Below are positions 29,638 through 40,425 of a DNA stretch of 64,000 bases, piece by piece. Where the stretch lies: the IMG/VR virus record IMGVR_UViG_3300022907_000005, positions 32,484 through 96,483 of that record, one strand, 5' to 3'. The notes below the pieces were generated by a model, which worked only from the letters and a program-made list of their open reading frames with translations, ran no database searches and had not been told where the DNA came from. The position numbers and the translations under genes are program-made. Numbering within the stretch: position 1 is the stretch's first letter; each line of letters starts with the position of its first letter. The DNA comes from a virus.

Positions 29638-30266
29638 CAACCCCCTATATCTTCCACCATCATTTCCCACATATCTTTGTCAGGAATGACCATACCAAAA
29701 GTGTGTCTAGGTGAATCAGATCCTGCGCAGTGCCAATAATGCAAATCTTCTGATTCATGCTTGCCGCCATAGTAGCCTACTTTAGCTGACCATCCAGGTG
29801 TATCATGTAATGTGATAATTTCATCTTCTCGTTTGTCATAATATTTAAACCAACCTTTGCCTCGTGGATTATAGTTGATTAGAATATTGTAACCTGGGCA
29901 ATCCCAGTTGTTATGCCATCCCATGTAATCGCTTGGCATGTAGAATACATGTACAGCACTAAACTTAGCACCTAGAAACTTTACGAGTGCGTCATTAATT
30001 TCACTTGACTTTTTTCTGTGTTCGGCAGGTATATCTGGTCCCGCTTGCAAGTCTCGTATTTTAGATAACTCAGGGGGACCTTTATGTGATGCATCACTCA
30101 TAACTTCTTGCAAGTATTTTCTTGCTGATGCAGTCTCTGAGTTGTGTGCTATCCAGTCTCCGTTCTTATGTACTGGTAGATTCTCATAGTCCGTATCAAA
30201 GAACCATTGCATATATGGTTCTAAGATCTCAATTAATTCTGGATTAATTTTTTCTAATATCTTCAT
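29634..30266 (-). CDS. Fe(II)/2OG oxygenase-like (DSBH/cupin) protein
   Basis: FY...MGWHNN...YWHCAG...RHTFG pattern; convergent with and overlapping the plus-strand cluster. Confidence 0.55.
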   Translation of the reverse strand: MKILEKINPELIEILEPYMQWFFDTDYENLPVHKNGDWIAHNSETASARKYLQEVMSDASHKGPPELSKIRDLQAGPDIPAEHRKKSSEINDALVKFLGAKFSAVHVFYMPSDYMGWHNNWDCPGYNILINYNPRGKGWFKYYDKREDEIITLHDTPGWSAKVGYYGGKHESEDLHYWHCAGSDSPRHTFGMVIPDKDMWEMMVEDIGGC

Positions 30267-30975
30267 TACGTTCTAAATCACTTTTAGGTATCGTGTAATG
30301 AAAAATCACACGTTCAGTATCTTCTAACTCTTTGTCAAAATACCCTATAACAAAATTCCATCTTGCATCAGGCTTAGGAAACTCACCTACATTTATAATG
30401 TCTTTATACTCTGTCTTGTTCAACAGATACCACATTGAGAATGTATCCCAGCGTCTAACTTCCCACGGATAAGGATCAGAGTTCCAATCAGGTTCGAGTT
30501 GTTTCATATACTGCTCGTACCAAGCATCCATTAATTTAAAAGTATGTTCATTACTCTTATAAACAAAAAGACCACAGTGCCAAATCATTTCTTCGGTATC
30601 AGAAAGTTTAGTAATCTTAGCGTTGTATGGGCGATTGCGCGTGAAGACTATATCGTGGTCATCACAGAAATCAAACACGTCCGCAATATCTTCTGATTCA
30701 ATTATTGTGTCCGCGTCTATGTATAAGGTTCTATCGTATGGAGTTTTTGATAGTGCCCATAGTTTTGCTCTGATATTTTTCGGCACATCTTCTGTAATGA
30801 TTGTGTCGAATATCTCATAGTCTTCTTCTTCAACCCACCATTCGTGCGTTGCTAAAGTTATCTTTGCTTCAGGATAAAAGTCTAACAGAGACTCGGCAGA
30901 CTTCTTTGCTGCGTAGTAGTAAGATTTGTTTACTGAAGCGACATAGATGTAGCCGTTATTCAACATCTGCGGCAT
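30244..30975 (-). CDS. GT8-like glycosyltransferase
   Basis: GYIYVA, KLWALSKTPYDRTLYIDADT (DxD), HCGLFVY and FHY motifs. Confidence 0.78.
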   Translation of the reverse strand: MPQMLNNGYIYVASVNKSYYYAAKKSAESLLDFYPEAKITLATHEWWVEEEDYEIFDTIITEDVPKNIRAKLWALSKTPYDRTLYIDADTIIESEDIADVFDFCDDHDIVFTRNRPYNAKITKLSDTEEMIWHCGLFVYKSNEHTFKLMDAWYEQYMKQLEPDWNSDPYPWEVRRWDTFSMWYLLNKTEYKDIINVGEFPKPDARWNFVIGYFDKELEDTERVIFHYTIPKSDLERNEDIRKN

Positions 30976-31390
30976 ACTCTGATTGCATCAGAATAGTAGC
31001 ATATGCTTGTGCCTCAATAGGAGACTTGGCTTTTCGGATAAGTTTTTTGAGTTCTTTGTTCTTGGACTTCTTGACTAAATCAATTTCAAAGATCTCTAGC
31101 TTCATGTTGAAAAGAATCTCTTGCTTTTGACGTTGGAACTTTTGTTCTTCTTGTTCTCTTCGCCTGGCTTGCTGCTTCTTTTGACCATCTTTATGGATCT
31201 GAGTTCTTTGATCTAAGCCCTCGATACCAAATTGTTCAACGATAGCATCATAGTCTTGATTGACTCCGCCTTCACTTTCAGGTCCAGCAATAACATGCGC
31301 TACTGAATACTCGCCATTGCCTTGCAGCATTTCACATACAAGATGTCTTCTCTTTTTATCCTGCCAGATAGGATTTCTATATTTTTCCAT
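30956..31390 (-). CDS. Possible fibre assembly chaperone
   Basis: N-terminus YRNPIW...LVCEM resembles tail-fibre assembly protein starts; charged helical C-terminus; directly follows the repeat fibre. Confidence 0.4.
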   Translation of the reverse strand: MEKYRNPIWQDKKRRHLVCEMLQGNGEYSVAHVIAGPESEGGVNQDYDAIVEQFGIEGLDQRTQIHKDGQKKQQARRREQEEQKFQRQKQEILFNMKLEIFEIDLVKKSKNKELKKLIRKAKSPIEAQAYATILMQSEYAADVE

Positions 31391-31426
31391 AATATAACTC
31401 CACTTGTTTTATAATTATACAATTAT

Positions 31427-32758
31427 TTATGCGATTCGTAGGAACAGTTTCTTAGACTCTTGTGTTGAGGATGTCGCCTGAACAGTGGCACCTACATAAG
31501 TGCCAGTGAAACTTTGCGAGTAGGTGCCCGCGTATGCTTGGTTATATGTTCCAGCATAGGCACCTGAATATGCAGCAGTATATGATCCGGTAAATGCACC
31601 GGTATATGATCCCGAATATGTTCCAGCATATGCACCCGAAAAGTTCTGACTATAGCTACCAGAGTATGTACCGGCATAAGCACCAGCATAGGTGCCTGCA
31701 TATGCACCAGTGAAATACCCGCCGACTGATCCCCCGTAGAATAGAGTGTACGCACCAGAATATGAACCAGTGTAGTAGCCAGTATAATAGCCTGTGTACG
31801 AACCAGTAAAGTATCCAGTATACGCACCGGTATAATAACCAGTATACGCGCCTGTAAATCCTTGTGAATAGGTTCCTGCATATGCTCGGTTATATGTTCC
31901 AATATATGAGCCTGTGTATGCAGCAGTATACGAGCCAGTGAAAGCGCCGGTGTATCCACCAGTGTAAGTTACATCAGTTATAGTTTTTAATTGGTCTGTA
32001 AGAGTCTCACCTTTCTGCTGCCAAGTTCCTGTACCTGGAGCGGAAGATACTACTTCATAAGTACCAATATTATTTGAAATAATCCTATTTCTAAATCTAT
32101 TTGTCAATGATTGTAGTTCAGCATCAGTTGCCTCTACTACACCATCATCAGCAAATTTAATAAGAGTTCTGTTTGTTGCGGATGAGGGCACTGTTGTTGC
32201 AGCGGTCTTTTGCCAAAGATACTTTGTTACAGTTGTTCCATCTGTTTGAGTATCATCAACTTGCCCACGATTTACCCATGTGCCCCCTGCAGGAGCCGTT
32301 GCCGCTAACCAATATTGTCCAGCAGTATTCGCATCATCGGTTATCATTGCATCGATTAGTTCATCTATAATCTCTGAGTCGATCTCACTGTCCGTAGACT
32401 CTGCTACCTCACCGTTACTGTTTATTCTAAGCGGTGTGAATGTTTTATTGTCTGTAGCAGTACTATCGTTTTGACCAAAAGTATATACTTCTGTAGTTGT
32501 TGTGCCTACTGCTGGGTGATCTCCTACATTCTCTACTCTGACCCTATTAGTAAATGTGCCAATACTAGAAAAATTCGTAGTTAGAGATCCGTCTGCTGAA
32601 GTCACTTCAATTGAACCGACACCAGCAGTTCCTGCAAATGCAGTCGTGATTATATTTGCGGTATAATCTTTTAGTTCGGACGCAGATAGCTCTTGTAATC
32701 CTTCGATAGTATCACCTGAAGTGATATCCGCTGTCTTTATTTTTAAGGGACCAGCCAT
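31427..32758 (-). CDS. Virion fibre-like protein with 40 tandem (Y/F)-(T/S/A)-G-x repeats
   Basis: Located in the tail operon; the N-terminal part has three recurring modules, and a 160-aa repeat is inserted in the last one. Confidence 0.7.
   Translation of the reverse strand: MAGPLKIKTADITSGDTIEGLQELSASELKDYTANIITTAFAGTAGVGSIEVTSADGSLTTNFSSIGTFTNRVRVENVGDHPAVGTTTTEVYTFGQNDSTATDNKTFTPLRINSNGEVAESTDSEIDSEIIDELIDAMITDDANTAGQYWLAATAPAGGTWVNRGQVDDTQTDGTTVTKYLWQKTAATTVPSSATNRTLIKFADDGVVEATDAELQSLTNRFRNRIISNNIGTYEVVSSAPGTGTWQQKGETLTDQLKTITDVTYTGGYTGAFTGSYTAAYTGSYIGTYNRAYAGTYSQGFTGAYTGYYTGAYTGYFTGSYTGYYTGYYTGSYSGAYTLFYGGSVGGYFTGAYAGTYAGAYAGTYSGSYSQNFSGAYAGTYSGSYTGAFTGSYTAAYSGAYAGTYNQAYAGTYSQSFTGTYVGATVQATSSTQESKKLFLRIA
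31487..31966 (-). repeat. Coding 12-nt tandem repeat array of 40 units
   Basis: Runs from YTGG YTGA FTGS to FTGT YVGA in unbroken 4-residue register; includes an approximately 36-aa internal duplication. Confidence 0.9.
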
Positions 32759-32769
32759 TTTTTAACCTT

Positions 32770-33621
32770 TTAGTTTAAGAGTGTGCCACTTGAATCATAT
32801 ACTGCTAATGGTCTATGCACACGCCAATCAGTAGCATCTTTACAAGAAAGTGTGTAAGAAGTATTTGCTGGCAACGTGATTGCTGCATTAGCTGAACCAC
32901 CGTTAATAGTATCCGAAGAATTTGGATACAGTTTACAGTCAGTTGCCGTAGAGTTAAATACAGTTACCGTTCTTCCTGCTACTGCAACCGGAAGTTTGAC
33001 ACCTGTAGTATCTGCTGATACTGTGGTTACTACAGTAATAGTTTCAGCTATTTGAGTAGCGTCACCTTGAGAAGATCCCGCTGAACTTAGTGCGGGTGTC
33101 ACACCGCTTTGCTCAAAGCCGCCTACAGTCAAATCGCCACTAGTTGTAACCGAAGTTACATCTAAATCAGTAAGATCTGCTGTGATTTGCTCCCAAGAAG
33201 TTGCACCAGTAGCAATTGCGTCAAACACATTACCCGGTCTGAGTACTACGGGAGCGTTTAATGAGCCACCATCGATTGATTCGCTTGTTGCGGGATATAT
33301 TTTAATATCATTGGCAGTTGAATTATACACCGTCACTTTAAGGCCTGCTGCTGCATCTGGGAGCTTGACTCCTTGGTTAGCTGATGCAGATTGAACTAAG
33401 TTGTAAGTCTTAGTCAGAGCAGTTGCGTCGCCTTGTACGGTACCAGCGGCAGTTACAGATGCATTCATTCCTGCAACGAAATTGCCCGTATATGTAACGG
33501 CACCCACACTAATGTCATCAGACGCTTCATACTTATCGGTATTTAAGTTGGTAAAGTTATTGTCTACTTCTGTGTTAGTAAGTGGACTGCCTTTACCTGC
33601 TCTTGTAGTTAAGGTTGACAT
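32770..33621 (-). CDS. Virion structural protein with two duplicated domains
   Basis: TRAGKGSPLTNTEVDNNFTNL N-terminus; two copies of AG..QGDAT...GVKLP.A.AG..VTV.NSTA.D.K.YP. Confidence 0.7.
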   Translation of the reverse strand: MSTLTTRAGKGSPLTNTEVDNNFTNLNTDKYEASDDISVGAVTYTGNFVAGMNASVTAAGTVQGDATALTKTYNLVQSASANQGVKLPDAAAGLKVTVYNSTANDIKIYPATSESIDGGSLNAPVVLRPGNVFDAIATGATSWEQITADLTDLDVTSVTTSGDLTVGGFEQSGVTPALSSAGSSQGDATQIAETITVVTTVSADTTGVKLPVAVAGRTVTVFNSTATDCKLYPNSSDTINGGSANAAITLPANTSYTLSCKDATDWRVHRPLAVYDSSGTLLN

Positions 33622-33631
33622 TTATTTTTTC

Positions 33632-33826
33632 CTAATTTTTCTCTATTAAAAATTTGAGTGCTTCTTTTATTGCAGTTAGTTCAGATTTCAAACTATTTAT
33701 ATCGGATGAAATCTCGTCTACGCGCTTAGCCTGCTTTTTTTTCATCTTATACTGTTTAAGGCCTTCGTCATCGTTACTAATAAACACACCGCCACCTTGT
33801 TGTTGATATTTATGTTCTATACTCAT
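33632..33826 (-). CDS. Small coiled-coil protein
   Basis: DINSLKSELTAIKEALKFL heptads; typical follower of the VrlC-like gene in marine T4-like phages. Confidence 0.65.
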   Translation of the reverse strand: MSIEHKYQQQGGGVFISNDDEGLKQYKMKKKQAKRVDEISSDINSLKSELTAIKEALKFLIEKN

Positions 33827-33828
33827 AC

Positions 33829-36800
33829 TTATGCCTGTAATGCAATTCCTCGTAGGTTCTTAACTGCAGGAACCGAAGAAGAGTTTGAAGATTTCAATAC
33901 AATCTTAATTGCAAAATCATTAAATCTAGTGTAAGTAATAGTAGATACTGCCGCTGTAGCTGTTGCACTTGTGCCACCACCTCCAGTTAATGTTATAGTA
34001 GGAGCACTTGCATATCCTCTACCAGGATCAGTTACTATTATACCTGTGACAGCACCACCTGAAATCTGAGCAACGCCTGTTGCCTGTTTCCAAGCACCTC
34101 CACCAGAGAACGTTACAGTAGGAGCACTTGTGTATCCTGAACCACCAGCAGTAATTGTTGTACTACTTACACGCTTAATAATGTATTCTAATACATCATT
34201 GTCAGAACCACCAAGTCCTACATTATTAGATCCTCGCAACGGAAGAGTGTAGACCGTTTCTACAAACTTATTCGGAGATGATACTGCGTCAGATGATGTT
34301 GCCATCTGTACCCAATACAAATCATCTCTAAATTTCGCGTCATCTTCTGTTGCTCTGAATTTCGCGTAGACTTCAATGCTACCTTCTACCGGTATACGTT
34401 GATCTAAGTACACGCGCATATCTTCAGATTGATTCTCTTTGTTTAATTGTACAATCTTAGAGATGTACTTACAAGTAGCATCACCACTATTTCTATCATC
34501 TTCATTTGTAGAATCATTGTTAATAACATTGGCTTCTAGTTGATATGTCGCTCTTGACAAGTCAATTACCGGTGATATAAAGTTGTTTGGTGATGTAAAG
34601 ATCGCCTCAGTTTTAAAAGATTTAGCTTGCCCAGTTAACCCAGTTATTTCATTTGATCTAGAGAAAACTGCATACTCTGAGGGAGTGAATGCTTCTTCTG
34701 CTCTACCAATCTTAGTTTCTACAGTACCAGCTGCCGATGCTGCTGACCCTGTGCCGTAAAAACTGTAGTCTAATCTGCTGTTAGCAGGAGTCAAGTCTGT
34801 GAAGTTGTGGGCGATTCTATTGTATGTCTTATTGTTGATCGTGTCGATTGTTGCCTGAGAAGACCCAGTACCAACAACATCACCAACAGCAAATGACCCA
34901 GAATCAATATCTACCGTACAAGTTGTAAACTTATTCTTAAATTCAACCACACTCGCAGTGTTTGTAGTGATATTGAATGTAGCACCAGTACCACTACCAT
35001 CTGTAGACGCCTGTGCAACGGCTGAACCATTTGCAGTGTAGTTTGTTCCCATCAATCCAGCTTTCACCCCGGTAATTGCACCTGAGTTTACAGTGGTAAC
35101 AATCAAAGTTGCCCCTGTGCCGTTACCGAAAGAATTCAAAGTAACGACATCATCTACGACATATCCTGAACCACCGCCCGCTATCGTAACATCAAACTGG
35201 TGAATAGCATCAATGTTGCTAAAGAATCCAGTTGTGAAGTCTTTCAAAGTCCAGTAATCAAAGTCTTCGTTATTGAAGACAGCTTTCCCGCCGAGTTTAC
35301 TGAAACTAGCTCTCTTTAAACTGTACTTAACATCTTCTGCTTGAATCGCGTTCCAAGTTCTATTGTTTGAAGATACAAACAAAACACCCACTGAAGAATC
35401 TCCTGCCTGTATGCGTTCTGTTGTTCCTAACTGATTCTGTCCTAATTCTGATACCCATGCTTCATATCCTGGGTCATTCGCTTGGGGCATCAACACAAAG
35501 CAATACTCTTTACCAGATCCTAAATACACTGGAGAGTCAAACGTGAACGTTGTTGCCGTTGTTGCATCTTCTGAAATGTTTACATTAGCAGCCGTCTTGA
35601 ATACAGAACCGTATGGTACGATGCTGCTTCCAGGATATCCGTTAACGACTTCTCTTATTTGTAGAGTTATGCCATTAGTAGCAGATTTTGTCTTAAAGAA
35701 GACATCAATGCTGCTTGCAAATATACCATGTCCATTCGTAATGTTGAATGTCTGTGCGAGTGGGTCTGCGCCGGTCATACCGATATCACCAATTCCAATA
35801 TTGAGTTGGAAGTCTGTCCAATCAAAAACAAAATCGTCCGGAAGCGTAAAGCCCGCATCCTCTGCTTCTGTTACCACCTCTACCGGCACCTCAGTAGTGG
35901 GCGGGTCAACGGGATCTGGAGTAACCGGGGGTTGCTCTGCTGCCGGCGCAACTGCGACTGGGGCACCGGGTATAGTTTCAAGCGATTCGTTAATCGTATT
36001 AGCCGTAGTGTTGGTAGTTTGATTGAGTGAAGCATTTAACCTTACACCTGTCGTAACCGATCCAACTACTCGCGAGGGCGGATTTGCTGCTTGAAAGCCC
36101 ATTGTAATATTTGGTCTAACAGTACTCAAGTTGAGCCTGGAAGATTCAATTGTTGTATTTACAAATGAGGAATATTCAGACGCAGCAGATGATGTCACAA
36201 AACCATTTCTATTTTTAATATCATTACTGAGTACAATTAACTTATTGCCTACGCGATATCTGTTAGGTGGTATGCGGATCTGCGCTACTATTCTACCAGT
36301 AGAATCAGACTCTACATAGCCATTTGTCCAAACACCTGCGCTTGTAACTGCACTGTAAGAGCGTCTCTTCTGTGCTGCCGTGAGACCATCAAAGAATGCT
36401 GTTGGAATCTGTCTGACTTTCGCCGCAGTTGTTCCTGTGATTCTATCGCCTTCAAGCGCACCATCAAAAAATACATAAAATCTTGTGTTAGGCATTAACC
36501 GAGTAGCTTCAACAAAGATAGTTCGCTGTCTGATAAACTCGCTGAATGAAATGTCCCTGACTGCTGTGAATGAACCTTCTTCAAAGTCAGATAAGTTAGC
36601 GTTTGTATTTACACCAAGAATTTCCGTAAACTGCGAAATGTCTCTACTGGTAACAGTCAATTCACTGTCTATCGTTGTGGTAGTAGTATCAACATATTCG
36701 ATATCTGTGGTTCGTAATACAGTGTCTGCCGTAGACTGACCATCTCTCAATGTCTGTGTTTCTGCTTCAACTTCCTGTGTAACAAAAGTAGACGAGGAAC

Positions 36801-39800
36801 TAGATGTTGAAGTATCACTCTGAGTTGTATCAGATGCGCTACCCATTGTGATAGTGGATCTAGTTACACCTGCTGTTCCTAAGTTATCAAATGCATTTAC
36901 TAGCGCAGTAGCAGAACCTTTCAGTCTGATATTTACTGGCTCAGGAGATACATCCTTATCCGAAGATGTGTCAGATGTAGGAAATACTTTCATATCGCCA
37001 TTGTAATTAAATAGCAATTCACCTACGCAATTTCTTGGCTTAGATGCAGCATTGTTTTTGCTGTATTCTACTTGTGTGTATGGCAGTGTAATAAGGTTAC
37101 CTGTAACTTGAACATTTGCAGATGACCCTGAATTGTACTCCAAGTCAATGCTATGCTCTAATATAGTAGGACCACCTTCGTGTAACATATCATTGATACC
37201 AAAGTTTAAGTCGGCATCGTTTACGTTCATCAGATCGTGGTTACTAAAACTATCTACAAAGAATCCATTCTTGAATCTATCTAAGCCGTTTGCATCTGGT
37301 ATATTTTTACTTGCAGTTGCAGACTCTAGGAAGTTCAATGAAGCGTAGTATTCTAATCTACCAATTCGCTTTTCAATCGCTGCAATATCTTGCATTGTAA
37401 AACGTCTGTTTTGTTTTACGTCAATTCGGCATGCTAAATCAAGTCTAGATTGTTTCTTAGCTAATGAATACGGAAGTGATGGATAAGGCGGAATGACCAA
37501 ATCTGCAATCAACATGCTACCAGGATTAAAGATAGGTGCTGTTGGATTAGGAGCAGGACGCCCCTCAACGTTAGTAATGTTACCATCATCTGACATCAAA
37601 ATTCTATCAACTCTTCCCTCCCAGTATTCGCCGTCAGTTGCATAAGTCTCCCTAGGCATTGGAAATTGATACCCACCGCTGACTGTTCTGATATCATTTC
37701 CAATTGCAGGGTTTTCAGTAGCTCCCCCAATGGTGCTAGAATCAGCTGCCGTGTTATCAATGTATGGTCTGAAATCGATTGCATCTCGTAGATCTACTCT
37801 TCGCTTTCCTCGCAATGTGTGCATAGGAATTTGATATGTGTAGAACGAAGGAGTGACCGCAGTCAATTCATCTGCTGGATACGAGTCTACTACAAAGTAT
37901 GTTGATTGACTTGCAGCGTAGTTGGGCTCCAAGTAGCTTAACTTAACAAGAATACTTTTGCTTGATGTGTCTAAGTTGCCAGTCTTGATCAATTGTGAGT
38001 GTGTATACAGGTTATCAGTCTGACCAGTAGTCGATTTGAATAATTCTTTGTAATCTGTTGTAGTATCATCGTATGAGCTACCAACAAAAACACCTTCAAT
38101 ATCGTATACGTTGCAGATACCTAAGTTCCAAGGACCTGTTGAACCACCTGCGTTTGTTGCAGTATCGATCTTCACATACTTGCTCTTATTAGCAGTAAGA
38201 GGTACTGGGGTAGTATCAGTCTGTTTTACTTTAATATAAAACTTTGCGTCCGCAGTGTTACTTAATGTTGTGCCGATATCTAAAGCGATAGCTGTTGCAG
38301 ATGTACTTGTAAAATGCGATGATTGCAAATCAAAAATCTGACCAGCAGCATATGCTGTTCCATCAACAGTAACTGCCTCTTTAAACACCATGATGAATTC
38401 ATCATCAATTTGTGTCTGAGACGGTGTCGATGAATATGGGAACGTTTCTGTACCGCTCACACTTAGAGTAGAGGTGCCATTAGTAGCAAAAGTCACAGTA
38501 AATTCTTTCTGGAATGTGAAATTGTTGTCGTATGTGTTGATAGGGTCAACTTCAATTGTCTTCATTGCCCTTGCTGGCATTGGGAACAACATTTGATTCT
38601 GCAATTGATTGAAGATTAACGGAGAGCCACTGTTGTTGTCAAACAACACATCGCCCGCACCATTAAAGTTGCTTGTAGCTGAATCAAAGTAAACCGATTT
38701 AATGTTCGCTAAAGCACCGCCGCTCATATTGATGCTGTATAAGTACAAGCGATATACTGCTTCAGGTGCGCCTGGTGTGCCACTTTCTCTTGTGATATGT
38801 CGCACTCTAGCACTACCAATAATATTACTTGGGGCTGCAACCGCTCCATATGTGTTTGCTCTACTAGAACCTGTAGTTAACACATCGAAAGTAAGCGATG
38901 CGCCGCCGCCAGAACCCAATCTGCTGTCAGGCACAGTGATAGTTTCATCAACTATGAAGCCACTACCACCTTCAATTATTTGTACTGTAGCCGCACCAGC
39001 AGCACTGATAGTGATCAAGAATTTTGCATCAATACCACTATTCTGTGTTGTGTATGCGCCAGGCTCAATTAAATAAGTGCCTTTTAATCTTAGAGTATCT
39101 GCGGCTGAGATTGTGTCAACAGTAAGAACACCATCAGTGTTCATGTTTGCATCTAGTGCAGCATCACCAAAATTTATCTGACTTCCTGTAGAAATGTCCC
39201 ATTCACCTGCAAGGTTGTTTACGCGAATATAGTTTCCGTAAACAGTTGATGTTGTAATAGACTCTTGCAGTATGAAGTCCTTACCTTTTCTAACCTTCAA
39301 GTAAGTAGGAGCGATAAGTTCATGTGTTCTTCCGCGAACAACCGCTTTACCATCTGCAACACCTACAGCAATGTGTGAAGCTGATCCACCTCTAGCTGTT
39401 TCAAGTAAGCCGTCATTTTCAGCGGTTAGATCGTTTAAATGCTCTCTTACAGAGACTTGAAAGTTTTTGCTTGTGTAATGTCCACTTTCTAAATATGTCC
39501 TTTCTGCTAATCTGTCGCCGATCAAGTTGTAGATAGACAAGTCATCTTCTACAACAGATGTAGATTTTTTACCGTCTACAATGCGAGAAAGACTTACAAA
39601 AGTATCCTCGATTGTATCAGTATCAGATCTGAACACCAGTTCAGTGTAGACCTTATATCTGTCTGCACCAGGAGCACTGAAGTTGAATGTGCCAGATGCT
39701 GGATCTAACAGCGTGTTGTCATCACCTGAGTTGACGATTGCTTCTTTAATTAATACACCGACAAATCCATTAACTGGGTCACCAAATTTACTAACTAGAA

Positions 39801-40413
39801 CGTCTTGCGTTGCATGCTCAATGAACTTACCGCCGAAATATATTAGCCCAGCGTCAACCGAAAAGTGTGTAGAGTCGCCTCTGAAATGCTTTGCGCGTTC
39901 TAGGCTTTTGTTTGAATCAACGACAAAGGTATCGCCATTTCGACCACCATCAGATGATGATACGGTAAGCACTTCACTAGCACCGAATCGCGTTTCAGTT
40001 GTAGATGAGGAACCTTCTACATATGCTAAGTACAAGGTCTTTTTCAAAGAGACATCTGTATCGTCACCAGTCAAAACTTTTTTGATTACAGCTTTTACGC
40101 CGCTTGTGCCGCCGGTAACAGTGTCGCCAATATAGTCTGCTAAAGTAGAATTTGAAACTGCAACAGAGCTATTGTCCAAATCGTCAATCTTTACGAATGG
40201 ATATTTTTGCAGAACGTCTTTGCAGCCGAGTACAGGAGAACCGTCAACAAATATATGCTCACCAAAACGAGCAATTTGATTCTGTAAGATACTCTGTAGT
40301 TGAGTTAATTCTCTTGCTTGTACAGCGAATCCAGGCTTAAAAAGAATTCGGTTAAAATTCTTGGTAGCGTCAAAGTCGTCATAATATGGACCTGTGTTTA
40401 GATTCAATGCCAT
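33829..40413 (-). CDS. Large virion structural protein (VrlC/DUF4815-like)
   Basis: PYYDDF...[48 protein letters not shown] and FAIKIVL motifs. Confidence 0.88.
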   Translation of the reverse strand: MALNLNTGPYYDDFDATKNFNRILFKPGFAVQARELTQLQSILQNQIARFGEHIFVDGSPVLGCKDVLQKYPFVKIDDLDNSSVAVSNSTLADYIGDTVTGGTSGVKAVIKKVLTGDDTDVSLKKTLYLAYVEGSSSTTETRFGASEVLTVSSSDGGRNGDTFVVDSNKSLERAKHFRGDSTHFSVDAGLIYFGGKFIEHATQDVLVSKFGDPVNGFVGVLIKEAIVNSGDDNTLLDPASGTFNFSAPGADRYKVYTELVFRSDTDTIEDTFVSLSRIVDGKKSTSVVEDDLSIYNLIGDRLAERTYLESGHYTSKNFQVSVREHLNDLTAENDGLLETARGGSASHIAVGVADGKAVVRGRTHELIAPTYLKVRKGKDFILQESITTSTVYGNYIRVNNLAGEWDISTGSQINFGDAALDANMNTDGVLTVDTISAADTLRLKGTYLIEPGAYTTQNSGIDAKFLITISAAGAATVQIIEGGSGFIVDETITVPDSRLGSGGGASLTFDVLTTGSSRANTYGAVAAPSNIIGSARVRHITRESGTPGAPEAVYRLYLYSINMSGGALANIKSVYFDSATSNFNGAGDVLFDNNSGSPLIFNQLQNQMLFPMPARAMKTIEVDPINTYDNNFTFQKEFTVTFATNGTSTLSVSGTETFPYSSTPSQTQIDDEFIMVFKEAVTVDGTAYAAGQIFDLQSSHFTSTSATAIALDIGTTLSNTADAKFYIKVKQTDTTPVPLTANKSKYVKIDTATNAGGSTGPWNLGICNVYDIEGVFVGSSYDDTTTDYKELFKSTTGQTDNLYTHSQLIKTGNLDTSSKSILVKLSYLEPNYAASQSTYFVVDSYPADELTAVTPSFYTYQIPMHTLRGKRRVDLRDAIDFRPYIDNTAADSSTIGGATENPAIGNDIRTVSGGYQFPMPRETYATDGEYWEGRVDRILMSDDGNITNVEGRPAPNPTAPIFNPGSMLIADLVIPPYPSLPYSLAKKQSRLDLACRIDVKQNRRFTMQDIAAIEKRIGRLEYYASLNFLESATASKNIPDANGLDRFKNGFFVDSFSNHDLMNVNDADLNFGINDMLHEGGPTILEHSIDLEYNSGSSANVQVTGNLITLPYTQVEYSKNNAASKPRNCVGELLFNYNGDMKVFPTSDTSSDKDVSPEPVNIRLKGSATALVNAFDNLGTAGVTRSTITMGSASDTTQSDTSTSSSSSTFVTQEVEAETQTLRDGQSTADTVLRTTDIEYVDTTTTTIDSELTVTSRDISQFTEILGVNTNANLSDFEEGSFTAVRDISFSEFIRQRTIFVEATRLMPNTRFYVFFDGALEGDRITGTTAAKVRQIPTAFFDGLTAAQKRRSYSAVTSAGVWTNGYVESDSTGRIVAQIRIPPNRYRVGNKLIVLSNDIKNRNGFVTSSAASEYSSFVNTTIESSRLNLSTVRPNITMGFQAANPPSRVVGSVTTGVRLNASLNQTTNTTANTINESLETIPGAPVAVAPAAEQPPVTPDPVDPPTTEVPVEVVTEAEDAGFTLPDDFVFDWTDFQLNIGIGDIGMTGADPLAQTFNITNGHGIFASSIDVFFKTKSATNGITLQIREVVNGYPGSSIVPYGSVFKTAANVNISEDATTATTFTFDSPVYLGSGKEYCFVLMPQANDPGYEAWVSELGQNQLGTTERIQAGDSSVGVLFVSSNNRTWNAIQAEDVKYSLKRASFSKLGGKAVFNNEDFDYWTLKDFTTGFFSNIDAIHQFDVTIAGGGSGYVVDDVVTLNSFGNGTGATLIVTTVNSGAITGVKAGLMGTNYTANGSAVAQASTDGSGTGATFNITTNTASVVEFKNKFTTCTVDIDSGSFAVGDVVGTGSSQATIDTINNKTYNRIAHNFTDLTPANSRLDYSFYGTGSAASAAGTVETKIGRAEEAFTPSEYAVFSRSNEITGLTGQAKSFKTEAIFTSPNNFISPVIDLSRATYQLEANVINNDSTNEDDRNSGDATCKYISKIVQLNKENQSEDMRVYLDQRIPVEGSIEVYAKFRATEDDAKFRDDLYWVQMATSSDAVSSPNKFVETVYTLPLRGSNNVGLGGSDNDVLEYIIKRVSSTTITAGGSGYTSAPTVTFSGGGAWKQATGVAQISGGAVTGIIVTDPGRGYASAPTITLTGGGGTSATATAAVSTITYTRFNDFAIKIVLKSSNSSSVPAVKNLRGIALQA

Positions 40414-40425
40414 TTTTTCTTCGCC

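Noticed and set aside
24042-30975. Interpretation as a T4-style DNA glucosylation locus
   Set aside because: Down-weighted rather than excluded. T4 alpha/beta-glucosyltransferases are GT-B, whereas these are GT-A types. No dCMP hydroxymethylase is nearby, and the locus lies among late tail genes.
31492-31959. 155-aa alternative-frame ORF over the YTG array
   Set aside because: It is a by-product of the periodic codons, with no SD or independent signal.
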